Virus record (IMG/VR): IMGVR_UViG_3300034006_000003
Coordinates: 1-62,655 of that record
From: a virus
Taxonomy: Duplodnaviria; Caudoviricetes
DNA: 62,655 bases
Reading direction: 5' to 3' (one strand)
Made by a program: the position numbers and the translations under genes. Below, piece after piece: positions 35,186-45,200 of this stretch; positions within the stretch are counted from its first letter, which is position 1, and each line of letters starts with the position of its first letter. The notes beneath the pieces were generated by a model, which worked only from the letters and a program-made list of their open reading frames with translations, did not search any database and was not told the DNA's origin.

Positions 35186-35295
35186 GGCGTCGATACGGGC
35201 ACCAAACTGGTTGCCGCTGGTGTCCGCCCAGCGGTTCGCGGTTCGAGTCCGCAGGGTGTTAGGGCCAAAGGCCACGGCCCGTCCGTGTCGACACC
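35186..35295 (+). ncRNA. Candidate tRNA-like structured RNA element
   Basis: Closing stem 35186-98/35283-95; AAACTGG D-loop-like segment; 7-bp hairpin; GCGG-TTCGAGT-CCGC T-arm; no CCA. Confidence 0.45.
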
Positions 35296-35344
35296 TTCTC
35301 CGCATTGTGGCATCCCAGCGGCTCCACCAACCAAGGGGCCTCAG

Positions 35345-36340
35345 ATGACCGACCGCATCCCTCTCTCTTCCAAGAGCACCATTGAGTTCCGCCAGCATTC
35401 GTTGAACCCGCGCCACTTCGCCGGAAGTTCCCAGGAATGGAAATCCCTGAAGGACAGGATCGGCGACAGGGACATCGTTTTCCGCCTTCATGTCCCCACC
35501 TATGCCCAGCGGGACACGCTCGGCTCTCTGCTCTTCCGCCACGGCATGATCCCGCTCACCGTCGAGCACGGTCGCGCGGTGCTCATCTCCGAGATCTATG
35601 AGGTCTATGCGCTCCCCGACGAGGACGGCACCGTGCCGGCCGGAAAACAGAAAGGGGATCCGGACGAAATCGCCGGCTTCCTGGAAAGCTATTGGCAGCG
35701 CGCCGAGATCCACAATCAGGCGGTCGAGCAATGGCAGATGCAGGAGATCGAACGCTTTAAGGATGAGCTCGCCGGCGCGCCCGCTCGGGAGGGCGACCCT
35801 GCGCCGATCCCACCGTTCACGACGCGCGAAACCGCTCGAGCCCAGATGCTCGCGATGGATATGCTCGAATGGTCGGAGCGCTACCGCGAGTGCCAGTCCC
35901 GCTATGGCGAAGAAGAAGCGAACGAGATGCTGATGCTCTTCCGCGTCTTCACGGCCGGCTGGGAAGGCCTCAATACCCTCGTCGTCGTCGACACGCTGGG
36001 CAAGCTGACAGAGGCGACCGTCGAAGCGCTCCGCAAGGAATTGGAGGAACTGGGCGCTCCCCAGGTCTATCGCGAGGTCGTGGCCGAGATCCGGCGGCAA
36101 TGCGGGGTGTCGAAGGAACTGGAAAAAAACTCCGAATCGCCGCTCGGTGTCGACTCCAACCCGAGTGGCTTGAACGAACGGAGCGTCGAATTGGACGCCA
36201 GCGCTGGGAATTCGACGACATCGTCTACTACACCAGCCCCTCGCTCCGCGTCACGCCGAACCTCAAGCACGTCGTCGAGCTCGCGTTCCGGAGCCGGCAC
36301 CAAGAAGTCGAAGTCTTCCCGGACGGCGGCAGTCTCTTAG
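35345..36340 (+). CDS. Tail assembly chaperone (gpG-like)
   Basis: AAGGGG RBS before ATG 35345; between the tube and tape measure genes; slippery site at 36121-36130. Confidence 0.75.
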   Translation: MTDRIPLSSKSTIEFRQHSLNPRHFAGSSQEWKSLKDRIGDRDIVFRLHVPTYAQRDTLGSLLFRHGMIPLTVEHGRAVLISEIYEVYALPDEDGTVPAGKQKGDPDEIAGFLESYWQRAEIHNQAVEQWQMQEIERFKDELAGAPAREGDPAPIPPFTTRETARAQMLAMDMLEWSERYRECQSRYGEEEANEMLMLFRVFTAGWEGLNTLVVVDTLGKLTEATVEALRKELEELGAPQVYREVVAEIRRQCGVSKELEKNSESPLGVDSNPSGLNERSVELDASAGNSTTSSTTPAPRSASRRTSSTSSSSRSGAGTKKSKSSRTAAVS

Positions 36341-36486
36341 ACCAGCCCGAGCGGCTTCTTCGGGCCCGGCAGATCGTTTGGGATTACATCGAGGAATTCG
36401 AGGGAAACAACCGTGCTGCGGATCAACGTAAAGGAGCCGCCAAAGGGCAAAATAGCGTCGGAGGGTCGGCGCGTAGCACGGGCTGA
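36121..36486 (+). CDS. -1 frameshift extension of the tail chaperone (gpT-like)
   Basis: G GAA AAA AAC slippery run; -1 frame open to 36486 with FPDGGSLLDQP. Confidence 0.7.
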   Translation, partial: GKKLRIAARCRLQPEWLERTERRIGRQRWEFDDIVYYTSPSLRVTPNLKHVVELAFRSRHQEVEVFPDGGSLLDQPERLLRARQIVWDYIEEFEGNNRAADQRKGAAKGQNSVGGSARSTG

Positions 36487-37108
36487 GAAGCGCGCCATTC
36501 ACAATGCGGTCGACCGCGCTTCGAAGGACGGACAGAAGAACATCCAGGCGACCATGAAGGCGGTCGGTCTGGGCCGTCTGGGGAACGCGGTCGGCCATAC
36601 CAGTTCGAAGCGGAAGGGGCGGACGGACGAGCGCACGGCATGGGGGACGGTCTATGCCAGAGGCGGCGACCAGAGCCTCGCCGGCGGTGCGCTCGAATCC
36701 TACACCCGCGGCACGACGATCCGGCCGACGACCCAGCAATGGCTCTGGTTTCAGACGAAGGCGCTGCCGCGGCGCATCAATCGCTACCGGACGACGCCGG
36801 CACGTTACAATGCGTCGACGCTGGTCAACACCATTGGCCCCCTTCACTTCGTCCGGCTCTCGGCGAACAGGGCGCTTCTGGTCGTTCGGAACGTCTCGGT
36901 TTCGCCGAAGACAGGCCGCGCGAAGGCGATGGGCCCGAGGAAGACGAGGACCCGGATTCCCATGAAGGAACTGGTCGCGTTCGTCGGGATCCGGATGACG
37001 CGCCGCGCCAAGCGCGTCGACCATCTCCAGCTGATGAACAGGGCGAGCGAGATGGTGCTGACCTATTATCCGCAGGAACTGGAACAGCTTTTGTCCCGCG
37101 CGGCCTAA
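36413..37108 (+). CDS. Basic tail-completion-like protein (DUF6441-like, tentative)
   Basis: Arg/Lys-rich; GTTIRP...WLW motif; before the tape measure gene. Confidence 0.55.
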   Translation: MLRINVKEPPKGKIASEGRRVARAEKRAIHNAVDRASKDGQKNIQATMKAVGLGRLGNAVGHTSSKRKGRTDERTAWGTVYARGGDQSLAGGALESYTRGTTIRPTTQQWLWFQTKALPRRINRYRTTPARYNASTLVNTIGPLHFVRLSANRALLVVRNVSVSPKTGRAKAMGPRKTRTRIPMKELVAFVGIRMTRRAKRVDHLQLMNRASEMVLTYYPQELEQLLSRAA

Positions 37109-37162
37109 ATGGAGTAAAGGGGTCGAAGGCCAGCCCGTTCCCGTCGTTTCCGGGAGAGCATA

Positions 37163-40100
37163 GTGGCGCGCGGACAGACCTTCACCAGCTACATCAACGC
37201 TGAGATCCCCGCCAATACGGCGCAGGAGTTCCAGCGCCTCGAGAACATGGCGACCCGGACGTTCGGGAAGATCCGGCTCGAGGCGGCACTTGTAGCCCGT
37301 TCCACCGCTGGTCTCGTCGGCGGCGGCCGGTCTGCGGCCGGCGGCTCCGTATCAGCTGCTGCCGGCGGCGCGGCTGGAGCATCGCGTGTCGCGGCCGCGA
37401 ACACCAACGTCGCCCGCAGTTCGGCGGCGGTCACGGCGCAGATGGAGCGCCAGCGCATTATGACGGCGCGGCTGGAGCGCCAGAACAGCGGCCTCGTCCG
37501 AGGGCTTCAGGCGACCGCGACGACGCTGAACATCGTCCAGGGCCCGCTCGGTCCGATCGCCGGCCGCGTCAACGCGCTGTCCGGAGCAATCGAACGGCTC
37601 ACCGGCTTCCGGCTGGGTCTCGCGGCCGTCGGCGCGTCGATCTTCGCGCTCGCCAGCGCCGGCAATCGCGCCGCAGAGGTTCGTTCGAAGCTTGCGCCGC
37701 TCTATGAGACGCAGGAGGAAGTGAACCGCGAGTTCAGCCGCACCGCGCGCATCGCCCGTGATGCTCGCGTCGCGCTTGAGCCAGTTGTGGATCTCTACAG
37801 CCGCCTCACCCTCACCGGCCGGGACATGAACCTGTCCCAGCCGATGATCGAAGCGACGACCCGCGCGGCCTCTCTCGGCGCCCGCCTGTCCGGCGGATCG
37901 TCCCAGGCCCAGGCGGCGGGTCTAACCCAGCTGGCACAGGGTATCGGCTCCAATAAGCTCGGCGGCGAGGAATTGAAGTCCATCCTCGAGAACACGCCGC
38001 GCGTCGCGAAGGCGCTCGCCGACGGACTCAGCAACACCGAGAACTTCGGCCAGGTCACCATCGGGACGTTGCGCCAACTGGGCGCTGAAGGCGAACTCAC
38101 CGCCGAGCGCGTGTCCCGTGCTCTCGGCCGGTCGCTGAAGGATCTCGAAGAAGAGGCCCGCCGTGTCGGCCCGACGTGGCAGAGCAGCACGGCCGCCTTC
38201 AACACCGAATTGACGATGACCGTCTCTAAGATCGACCAGGCGCTCGGTCTCACCCGCCTTCTGGCGACCGGCCTCACGTTCGTCGCTGACAACATGCGCG
38301 GGATCGCTGCGCTCGCAATCGGCGTCGCCGCCGCGTTCGGGACCGTAAAGCTGGGCAAGATGGCGGATGACATCGGCCGGGCCCGGACCGAGGCGCTGGG
38401 CTTCAAGCGGCTGGGCGACGCGATTGCGACGGCGACGGTCGCGCAGGCTCGGCAGCAGTCTCAGACGGCGAATGCGCGGCTGGCGCAACTGCGCGCGGAG
38501 AAGGCGGCGCTTCAGGAGAATGTTCGCATTCTCCAGCAGGAGCAGGTTGAGGCGCGGAACGCGGTTCGCGGCGTCCAGATGTCGTCGGTCAACGGCCAGA
38601 GCATCCGCCCGTCGGCCGCCTTCATCCAGCGCGACATGCAGGCGACGCAGCGCTTCGCCGTGTCCGTCGCCGATCTGAGGCGGAAGAAAGAAGAGCTTCG
38701 CATCGCCACGGCGGCCGCAGCGGCTGCGAGCGCCAACTTCGGCGAGGTCCAGCGTATCGCCGGCGTGAAGGCTGGCGGCTTCAAGAATGCCGTGATGGCG
38801 CTGGTGAACGCCTTCAATCCGCTCGGTCTCGCGGTCGCGGCCGTGACGACGGCGCTGATCGCTTATGCGACGGCCGAGAGCCAGGCCGAGAAGAATTCGC
38901 GGATCCTCGAAGAGACGACGTTCCGGCTGGCGAATGCGATCGACTATCAGACCGGCAAGGTTCTCGAGAACAACGCGGCCAAGATCGCAGGGCTGAAGCT
39001 GGATGCTCAGCAGGGCGTCAATGCCGCGAAGGGCAACTATGACGCCGCTCGCAAAGAGGTCCAGACGACCGCGGCGAACTATTTCCGAGCGGCGCAGGAG
39101 CGGGTCCGCATCGGCGGCGGCGGCACGGGCTTCATGCGCGGCGAATACACGACGACGCGAGGTCGGCTTTCGGCGCAGCAGCAGGAAGCCCAGCGGCTGA
39201 CACAGGCCTATGGACGCGGGCAGCTGCCGGGCGGCATCGGAGCGCTGGTCGAAGGCCTCAATCGGCTCGCGCAGGCGGACCCGAAGCTTCGCGGCGTTGC
39301 GGAATCGATCACGCGCATCGCCAGCCGGCCGGACACCGGCGTCGTCGACGCGGCTCGGAAGGGCCTTCAGCTTCAGGCCAACCAGGCGGTTCTCGCCGGT
39401 GACACGTCCGAAGAGAATCTGCGTCGGGCGAATGGCGACTTCAGCGGCGGCATCCCCATCCCCCGTCGCGGCCAGCGTCCCCGGACCGAAGCGGAGCTCA
39501 CCGCGGCGGCGGACAAGATGGCCGCACAGCTGGCCGACAAGCGTCACGCTGCCGAGGTCCAGCGCGACGAGGCGCTGGCGCGTCTGAAGGCTCGCAAGTC
39601 GAAGATGACCGAGGATGATTACATCCGCGAGCAGGCCCAGATCAAAGCGACCTACAACAGCGAGATCCAGAGCATCGGCGCGACCGAGGCACGTCACGCC
39701 GCGTCCGAGAAGCGGAAGGGCGAAGCGGCCGCGCGCCGAATCGCCGCCGAAGAGAAGCGGGAAGCGGCCGCAGCTGAAAAGGCTCGAGACCGCAGGGACC
39801 GCCTCGAAGGCGTGATGGACCGCTTCACCGAGGACACGCCGGTCCGCCGCCTCGAGAAGCTTCGCGACGAAGCCGAGCGCGCGAAGACGGCTATCCGGGA
39901 TCTCATCGGCGAGAGCGTCGCGGGGAAGGGCACGTTCACCCAGGCGGACTATGAGGCGAAGGCGCGCGAGATCGACGCCAGTGTCGCGCGTGAGACGAAT
40001 CGTCCGATCACGGACGCTCGGCGCGATGACGACCGCCAGCTGATGGCGCAGCGCCTGCTGCTTCAGGGCCGCGAGGACGAAGCCCGCGCTCTGGAGCGCA

Positions 40101-42289
40101 TGTTCGAACTTCAGGATGCGGTCGGCGACGCCGCGAAGGACGAATATGGCCGCCTGGTCCAGAACGAGGCAGTCCAGCGCCAGATCAATTCCCTGCTGGC
40201 CGAGCGCGAGCGCATCGTCGGGAACCTGATGAGCGCGGTCGAAGACGCCCGCGGCATGCTCGAAGGCTTCCTCGCCAACGTGACCAGCCGTCCCGTGAAG
40301 GCGGTGAAGGATCTCGCGAAGCAGGCGTTCGAATCCTATACCCGCATCGGCATCCGCCAGGTCGTGAACGATCTTCTGGCCGGCACCGACGAGCGCGTCC
40401 GCAGCCTCATTAACGGCACCACGAAGGTCGACACCGCCGTCGGCGCCGTGACGTCGGGCATGGAGAGGGCCGGCAGCGCATCACTCAGCCTCGCGCAAGT
40501 GCTGGAGCAGGCTGCCCAGCGAATCGGTGCGCTGCCGGGAACGACTGGGGTGACAGATTCTGTCGTCCCTGCATCCGGTATCGCCGGCGCGGCCGCAGCG
40601 GTCGGCGGTCTCACGCCAACGGCCGGCTTCCTTGGCGCAATGGCCGGCGTGATGAAGGATCTCCGCGGCGAGATCGAATATGAGGCGCGCCGGGACGAAG
40701 CGCCGCAGCCCATGAACGAGAAGAAGGGCGGCGGTCTGCCGGGCGACATCGTCGTCACGGCTCAAAAGACGCTCCAGACCGCCCAGCGCTTCATCACGAA
40801 CCCGCCGAAGGTGAAGGGCCAGCCGACGGTAAAGGAGATCTACAACACCATCGGCGAGAGCGTCGGCGGGAAGATCGACGCGGCGCTCGGCACGAACTTC
40901 TTCAAGGGCATCGGGAAGCAGTTCGGGACCGCGCTCGAGGGTGCCGGCAAGGGTGTCATGGCGAGCAGCGTCGCTCGCGCGGTCGGCATTAAGCAGTCGA
41001 CGACGGGCGCGGCCATCGGCGGCGCGGCCGGTAACTTCATCCCCGGCTTACCTCCTGGAGTGGGCGCGGCCATCGGCGGTCTGATCGGCGGCACAATCGG
41101 CGGGCTCTTCAAGAAGGTGAAGAGCGGGTCCGCGACCATCGGCGGCACCGGCAGCAATCTCTCGGTCACCGGCACCGCCGGCAACTCGAGCGGCTTGCAG
41201 AAGGCGGCGAGCGCCGAAGCGGACAGCGTCATCGGCATCGTCAACCGCATCGCCGAGAGCCTTGGCGGCAGCGTCGACGCCTCGCGCGGCAGCGTCACCA
41301 TCGGCAAGTATGGCGAAAGCTACAAGGTCAACACGACCGGCGGGAGCAAGCTGAAGAAGGGGACACCCGGCGTTCTCGACTTCGACGAGGATGAGCAGGG
41401 TGCCATCGCGGCGGCCGCGAAGGATCTCATCAAGGATGGTGTCATCACCGGCATCAGCCAGGCCTCACAGAACATCCTTCGCGCCGGCAAGGATCTCGAG
41501 ACGGCGCTGATGAAGGCGACGGTCATCGAATCCATTCCTCGCCGCCTGATGCAGCTAACGGATCCGGTCCGATATGCGGTCACCGAACTCAATCGCGAGT
41601 TCGTGAAGATGATCGAATATCTGAAGGAAGGCGGCGCGACGACCGAGCAGTTCGCCGACGCCCAGAAGCTTTACGATCTCGAGCGGGCCCGCGCGATTGA
41701 GACGGCCATGAACCAGGCGAAGAGCGCCATTCAGGGCTTCCTCGACGACATGACGGCTGGTCCGCAGTCGCCGCTTCGGAAGCGCGAGGTCTATGCGAAC
41801 GCGAAGGCGAACATCGACAAGTTCACCGGCGACGTCGCAGCTGGAAAGCCGGTCGACCAGCAGGCGCTGCTCGAAGCCGCGAAGAACTTCCAGGATGCCA
41901 GCCGCTCGCTCAATGGGTCGAGCCAGTCCTTCTTCTCGGACTTCAACTTCCTGTTCGATCTGCTCTCGAAGGCGCGGGACACGGCCGGCGCTGGCGTGAC
42001 GGGCGCGAACGGTGCGCCGCTGCCGCCGAGCCCGTTCGTGTCGGACCCAGCCGTGAAGGGTGTCATCGAAGCCGCCAACGGCACGACGACCGCCATCACG
42101 GACCAGACGAACGTGCTGGGCGGTCTGCTCGGAGCGCTGATCGACCGCTTCGACAATCTGCCGGCGGCGGCTGGTGGGCCGGCGAGCTCCATCGCCTACC
42201 TGCCAGGCGTCTCGACCGGCCGGACGGGCGGCAGCGGCGGTGCTGGCAGATCAAGCGGGCGCATCGAGAACAGCGTTGCTATGGTGTAA
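37163..42289 (+). CDS. Tape measure protein
   Basis: 1708 aa, Ala-rich helical; QLAQGIGSNKLGGEELKSILEN tape-measure motif. Confidence 0.92.
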   Translation: MARGQTFTSYINAEIPANTAQEFQRLENMATRTFGKIRLEAALVARSTAGLVGGGRSAAGGSVSAAAGGAAGASRVAAANTNVARSSAAVTAQMERQRIMTARLERQNSGLVRGLQATATTLNIVQGPLGPIAGRVNALSGAIERLTGFRLGLAAVGASIFALASAGNRAAEVRSKLAPLYETQEEVNREFSRTARIARDARVALEPVVDLYSRLTLTGRDMNLSQPMIEATTRAASLGARLSGGSSQAQAAGLTQLAQGIGSNKLGGEELKSILENTPRVAKALADGLSNTENFGQVTIGTLRQLGAEGELTAERVSRALGRSLKDLEEEARRVGPTWQSSTAAFNTELTMTVSKIDQALGLTRLLATGLTFVADNMRGIAALAIGVAAAFGTVKLGKMADDIGRARTEALGFKRLGDAIATATVAQARQQSQTANARLAQLRAEKAALQENVRILQQEQVEARNAVRGVQMSSVNGQSIRPSAAFIQRDMQATQRFAVSVADLRRKKEELRIATAAAAAASANFGEVQRIAGVKAGGFKNAVMALVNAFNPLGLAVAAVTTALIAYATAESQAEKNSRILEETTFRLANAIDYQTGKVLENNAAKIAGLKLDAQQGVNAAKGNYDAARKEVQTTAANYFRAAQERVRIGGGGTGFMRGEYTTTRGRLSAQQQEAQRLTQAYGRGQLPGGIGALVEGLNRLAQADPKLRGVAESITRIASRPDTGVVDAARKGLQLQANQAVLAGDTSEENLRRANGDFSGGIPIPRRGQRPRTEAELTAAADKMAAQLADKRHAAEVQRDEALARLKARKSKMTEDDYIREQAQIKATYNSEIQSIGATEARHAASEKRKGEAAARRIAAEEKREAAAAEKARDRRDRLEGVMDRFTEDTPVRRLEKLRDEAERAKTAIRDLIGESVAGKGTFTQADYEAKAREIDASVARETNRPITDARRDDDRQLMAQRLLLQGREDEARALERMFELQDAVGDAAKDEYGRLVQNEAVQRQINSLLAERERIVGNLMSAVEDARGMLEGFLANVTSRPVKAVKDLAKQAFESYTRIGIRQVVNDLLAGTDERVRSLINGTTKVDTAVGAVTSGMERAGSASLSLAQVLEQAAQRIGALPGTTGVTDSVVPASGIAGAAAAVGGLTPTAGFLGAMAGVMKDLRGEIEYEARRDEAPQPMNEKKGGGLPGDIVVTAQKTLQTAQRFITNPPKVKGQPTVKEIYNTIGESVGGKIDAALGTNFFKGIGKQFGTALEGAGKGVMASSVARAVGIKQSTTGAAIGGAAGNFIPGLPPGVGAAIGGLIGGTIGGLFKKVKSGSATIGGTGSNLSVTGTAGNSSGLQKAASAEADSVIGIVNRIAESLGGSVDASRGSVTIGKYGESYKVNTTGGSKLKKGTPGVLDFDEDEQGAIAAAAKDLIKDGVITGISQASQNILRAGKDLETALMKATVIESIPRRLMQLTDPVRYAVTELNREFVKMIEYLKEGGATTEQFADAQKLYDLERARAIETAMNQAKSAIQGFLDDMTAGPQSPLRKREVYANAKANIDKFTGDVAAGKPVDQQALLEAAKNFQDASRSLNGSSQSFFSDFNFLFDLLSKARDTAGAGVTGANGAPLPPSPFVSDPAVKGVIEAANGTTTAITDQTNVLGGLLGALIDRFDNLPAAAGGPASSIAYLPGVSTGRTGGSGGAGRSSGRIENSVAMV

Positions 42290-42292
42290 GCC

Positions 42293-45200
42293 ATGAAGAC
42301 GCTTCTCATCCAGGTCCGGCCGCTGGATCCGATCACGGGGAACAGGGTCGACGTCTATCTCGGCACCGGCCCCTATTCCCCAGCCTTCGGCGCCGGCGGC
42401 ATAACGTGGGAAGCGGCCGTCACCCGCCGCCCGACGATTATGATGGACCTGATGTCGCCCGACATGGACGGAAGCGTCCAGCAGGCGCGCGCGTCGCTCG
42501 GTCTCAATCTGAGCAAGGTGCGGAACGTCCCGAACGTGCTGCGCTTCGTCTGGGCGGGCGCACCCATCATCATCTATGTCGCCGACCGCATTCGGACGTT
42601 CCCGGTCGAGTTCGTCGGCGTCGTCCGGCAGGGCCAGCTGGACATCTTCACGCAAGGGGTCTCGCTCGACTGCATCGTCGATCGCTCGCGGCTGGAGCGG
42701 CCGCTGCTCACCGGCGAGTTCACGGGCGGCGGCGGCATGGGCGGGGATCCGGCCAAGAAGGGGACGCTCTACCCGTCGGGCTTCGGCGTCTGCAAAAACA
42801 TTGAGCCCGTCTGGTTCGAAGAGAGCCGCAACATCGGCATGCTCGATGGCTACGGCCGCCTCACGTCGGTCCAGTCCGTCTTCGAAGGCGGCAACGACAT
42901 GGGCCCGAGCGTCGGCGACTATGCGACCTATGCTCTTCTGGCAGCTGCGCTCGACAATAAGACGATCCCCGACGGGCGCTGGGGGACGTGCATCGCGCAG
43001 GGCATTATCGGCATGGGCGCGCCGCCGGCTGGTCGCGTCACCGTTCATGCGACGTTCCTTGGACCGACGACGAACTTCAACCGGCTCCCCGGCTCGACGA
43101 TTTACTATGCGCTCGGTCGCGCCGGCATTCCGGACGCCGACATCGACATTACGTCGCTTGTCTCGCTCAATAACTGGGCAATCGCGGACCTTCCGAACGA
43201 CGGCTATGTCCACTACTGGACGAAGGACCAGCGGACAGTTCTCGACTTCTGCCAGGCGCTCGCCGCCAGCTGCAACGCGAGCCTGCTCATCCTTCCAAGC
43301 GGCAAGATCGCGGTGACCAGGATCTTCGGCGGCACCAGCATGGGCACGGTCGACCGCGGCCGGACGTCGAACCCGGCCTATACGGACTGGCGTCTCGCCG
43401 ATCCCATTGAGCCGGTCTGGCGGATGCGAGCTCGGGTCGCGCGGCCAGGCGTCGTCCTCTCCTACGACGAGGTCAATTACGAAGACGATCTTGAGGACCG
43501 CGGGATCTACAAGACGACCGAGACCTACCGGCAGGGGCATCTAGTCTGGCATGCGAGCGGCGCCCAGTTCCTCTACATCAACGCCGTCCCTGCGGCCGGA
43601 CAGGCGCTGCCGACGCCGACCTACCCGCCCGCCGCGCCAGCCGCGAACGCTTACTGGCAGCAGACCAAGCCGCCCTCATCAGCTGCGGATCTCGTCTATT
43701 CGGACGGGACCAGCATTGAGGCGCTGAAGCCGCAGGAAGCTGGATCGAACAAGACCGAGACTCGGACCGCGCTCGCCATAGCTGGGCAAGGCACCGGCGC
43801 GACTGCCAACAATCTCGGACAGTTGAATGCCACTGAGGGGACGAAGTTCGGTTCGATCGCCTTCGGCGCGACCCTCGGCGATAACTTCTTCAACAATGGT
43901 TCGCTCATCAACGGGCTTGCCCCATGGACCGGCGGCGTAAGGTCCGCTGGCGGAGCAGGGGATCCGGTTCCGTTCTATGTGACGCTGGGGGCTGGCGCTT
44001 CGATAAGCTACCCAGTGAATGCCGCCCCGCCGGTCGGGAATCTCTTCTTCAGCGCGTTCGTCTTCCAGCCTGTTGCCGGCCAACAGATGCAGTTCGGGCT
44101 TCAGTGGCAGAATTCCGCCGGCGTCCAGATCGCGCTTTCGGTTCACAACGTATATCCGGTCGCCGGCTGGAGCTTCGTCGAATATCCTGTCGTGAAGCCG
44201 GCCGATGCGGTGACCTTCTCGGCCTATGTCCTCATCGCCGCGGCGAATGGTCGCGTCGGCGGTCTCAGATTTTCGTCCTCCCAAGCTGGAGCGACGTTCG
44301 GCGCCGACATCAACAATGTGAACCTATTCGACTCGTTCGACGGGACATTCCTTACTCGCACTCTGGTCCGAACGCCGCTCGGCACCGCAGCTGCTATCGC
44401 GGGCCAAGGCACCGGCGCGACGGCCAACAGCCTCGCGCAGATGAATAGTTCGGAGGGCACCAAATTCGCGGGCATCTCGCCTGGTGCGGGTAAGACCCTA
44501 AACCTCTTCACCCGCGGCGGTGTCGTCGGGACCATGTCCTACGACGGCAATAACATCACGCGAGCGACGGGAGGGCCGGGGTGGAACATCTCCGGAATGG
44601 CCGAAGAGAATTACGGCCGCGGTGCCATCGTAGGTGGAAATCTCGGGCTCCTGACCGTGATGGGTCTCTGCGACAACCCAGACGTGCGCCTCGTCGTCGG
44701 AGAAGAATTCCGAGACGTCGATTATTATTGGCACCGTGACGGTGCCGGAAACTATGTAACCTCGCTTGGCGGGTCGAGTGAGATCAATCACGGCCAGCTT
44801 GTTCAGGGCGGCCGTTGCTATGTCCATTACGACGACGCAGAGGTCCATTTCGTCCAGCAGAACACGATCATTCGCTCGGTCCCGACGACGCCGAACCGCC
44901 GCTTCTGGCCGATGGTCTGCATCTTTAACAATGGTGGGACGGTCACGAACCTCCAGTTCGCGCCTGGTGTCGCTCGCTCGGACCTTGCCACCAACATCAT
45001 CGACAGCGCATCCGGCGTTTATTCGTTCGTCCCCCGCGGCGAAATCCGGACGCCGCTCGGGACTGCTCTCGGCATCGCGGGACAGGGTGCGCTCGCCACG
45101 CTGAACGCGCTCGGCTTTGGCAGCGGTTACTTGACGGGCTTCGGATCGCTGGCCGGCCGCAACAAGATCAATCTCGGCGTCCCAGGGGATGGGACGGCTT

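Noticed and set aside
35198-35260. Canonical tRNA gene
   Set aside because: T-arm present, but no D-stem, no proper anticodon loop, no 7-bp acceptor stem and no CCA; kept only as a tRNA-like element
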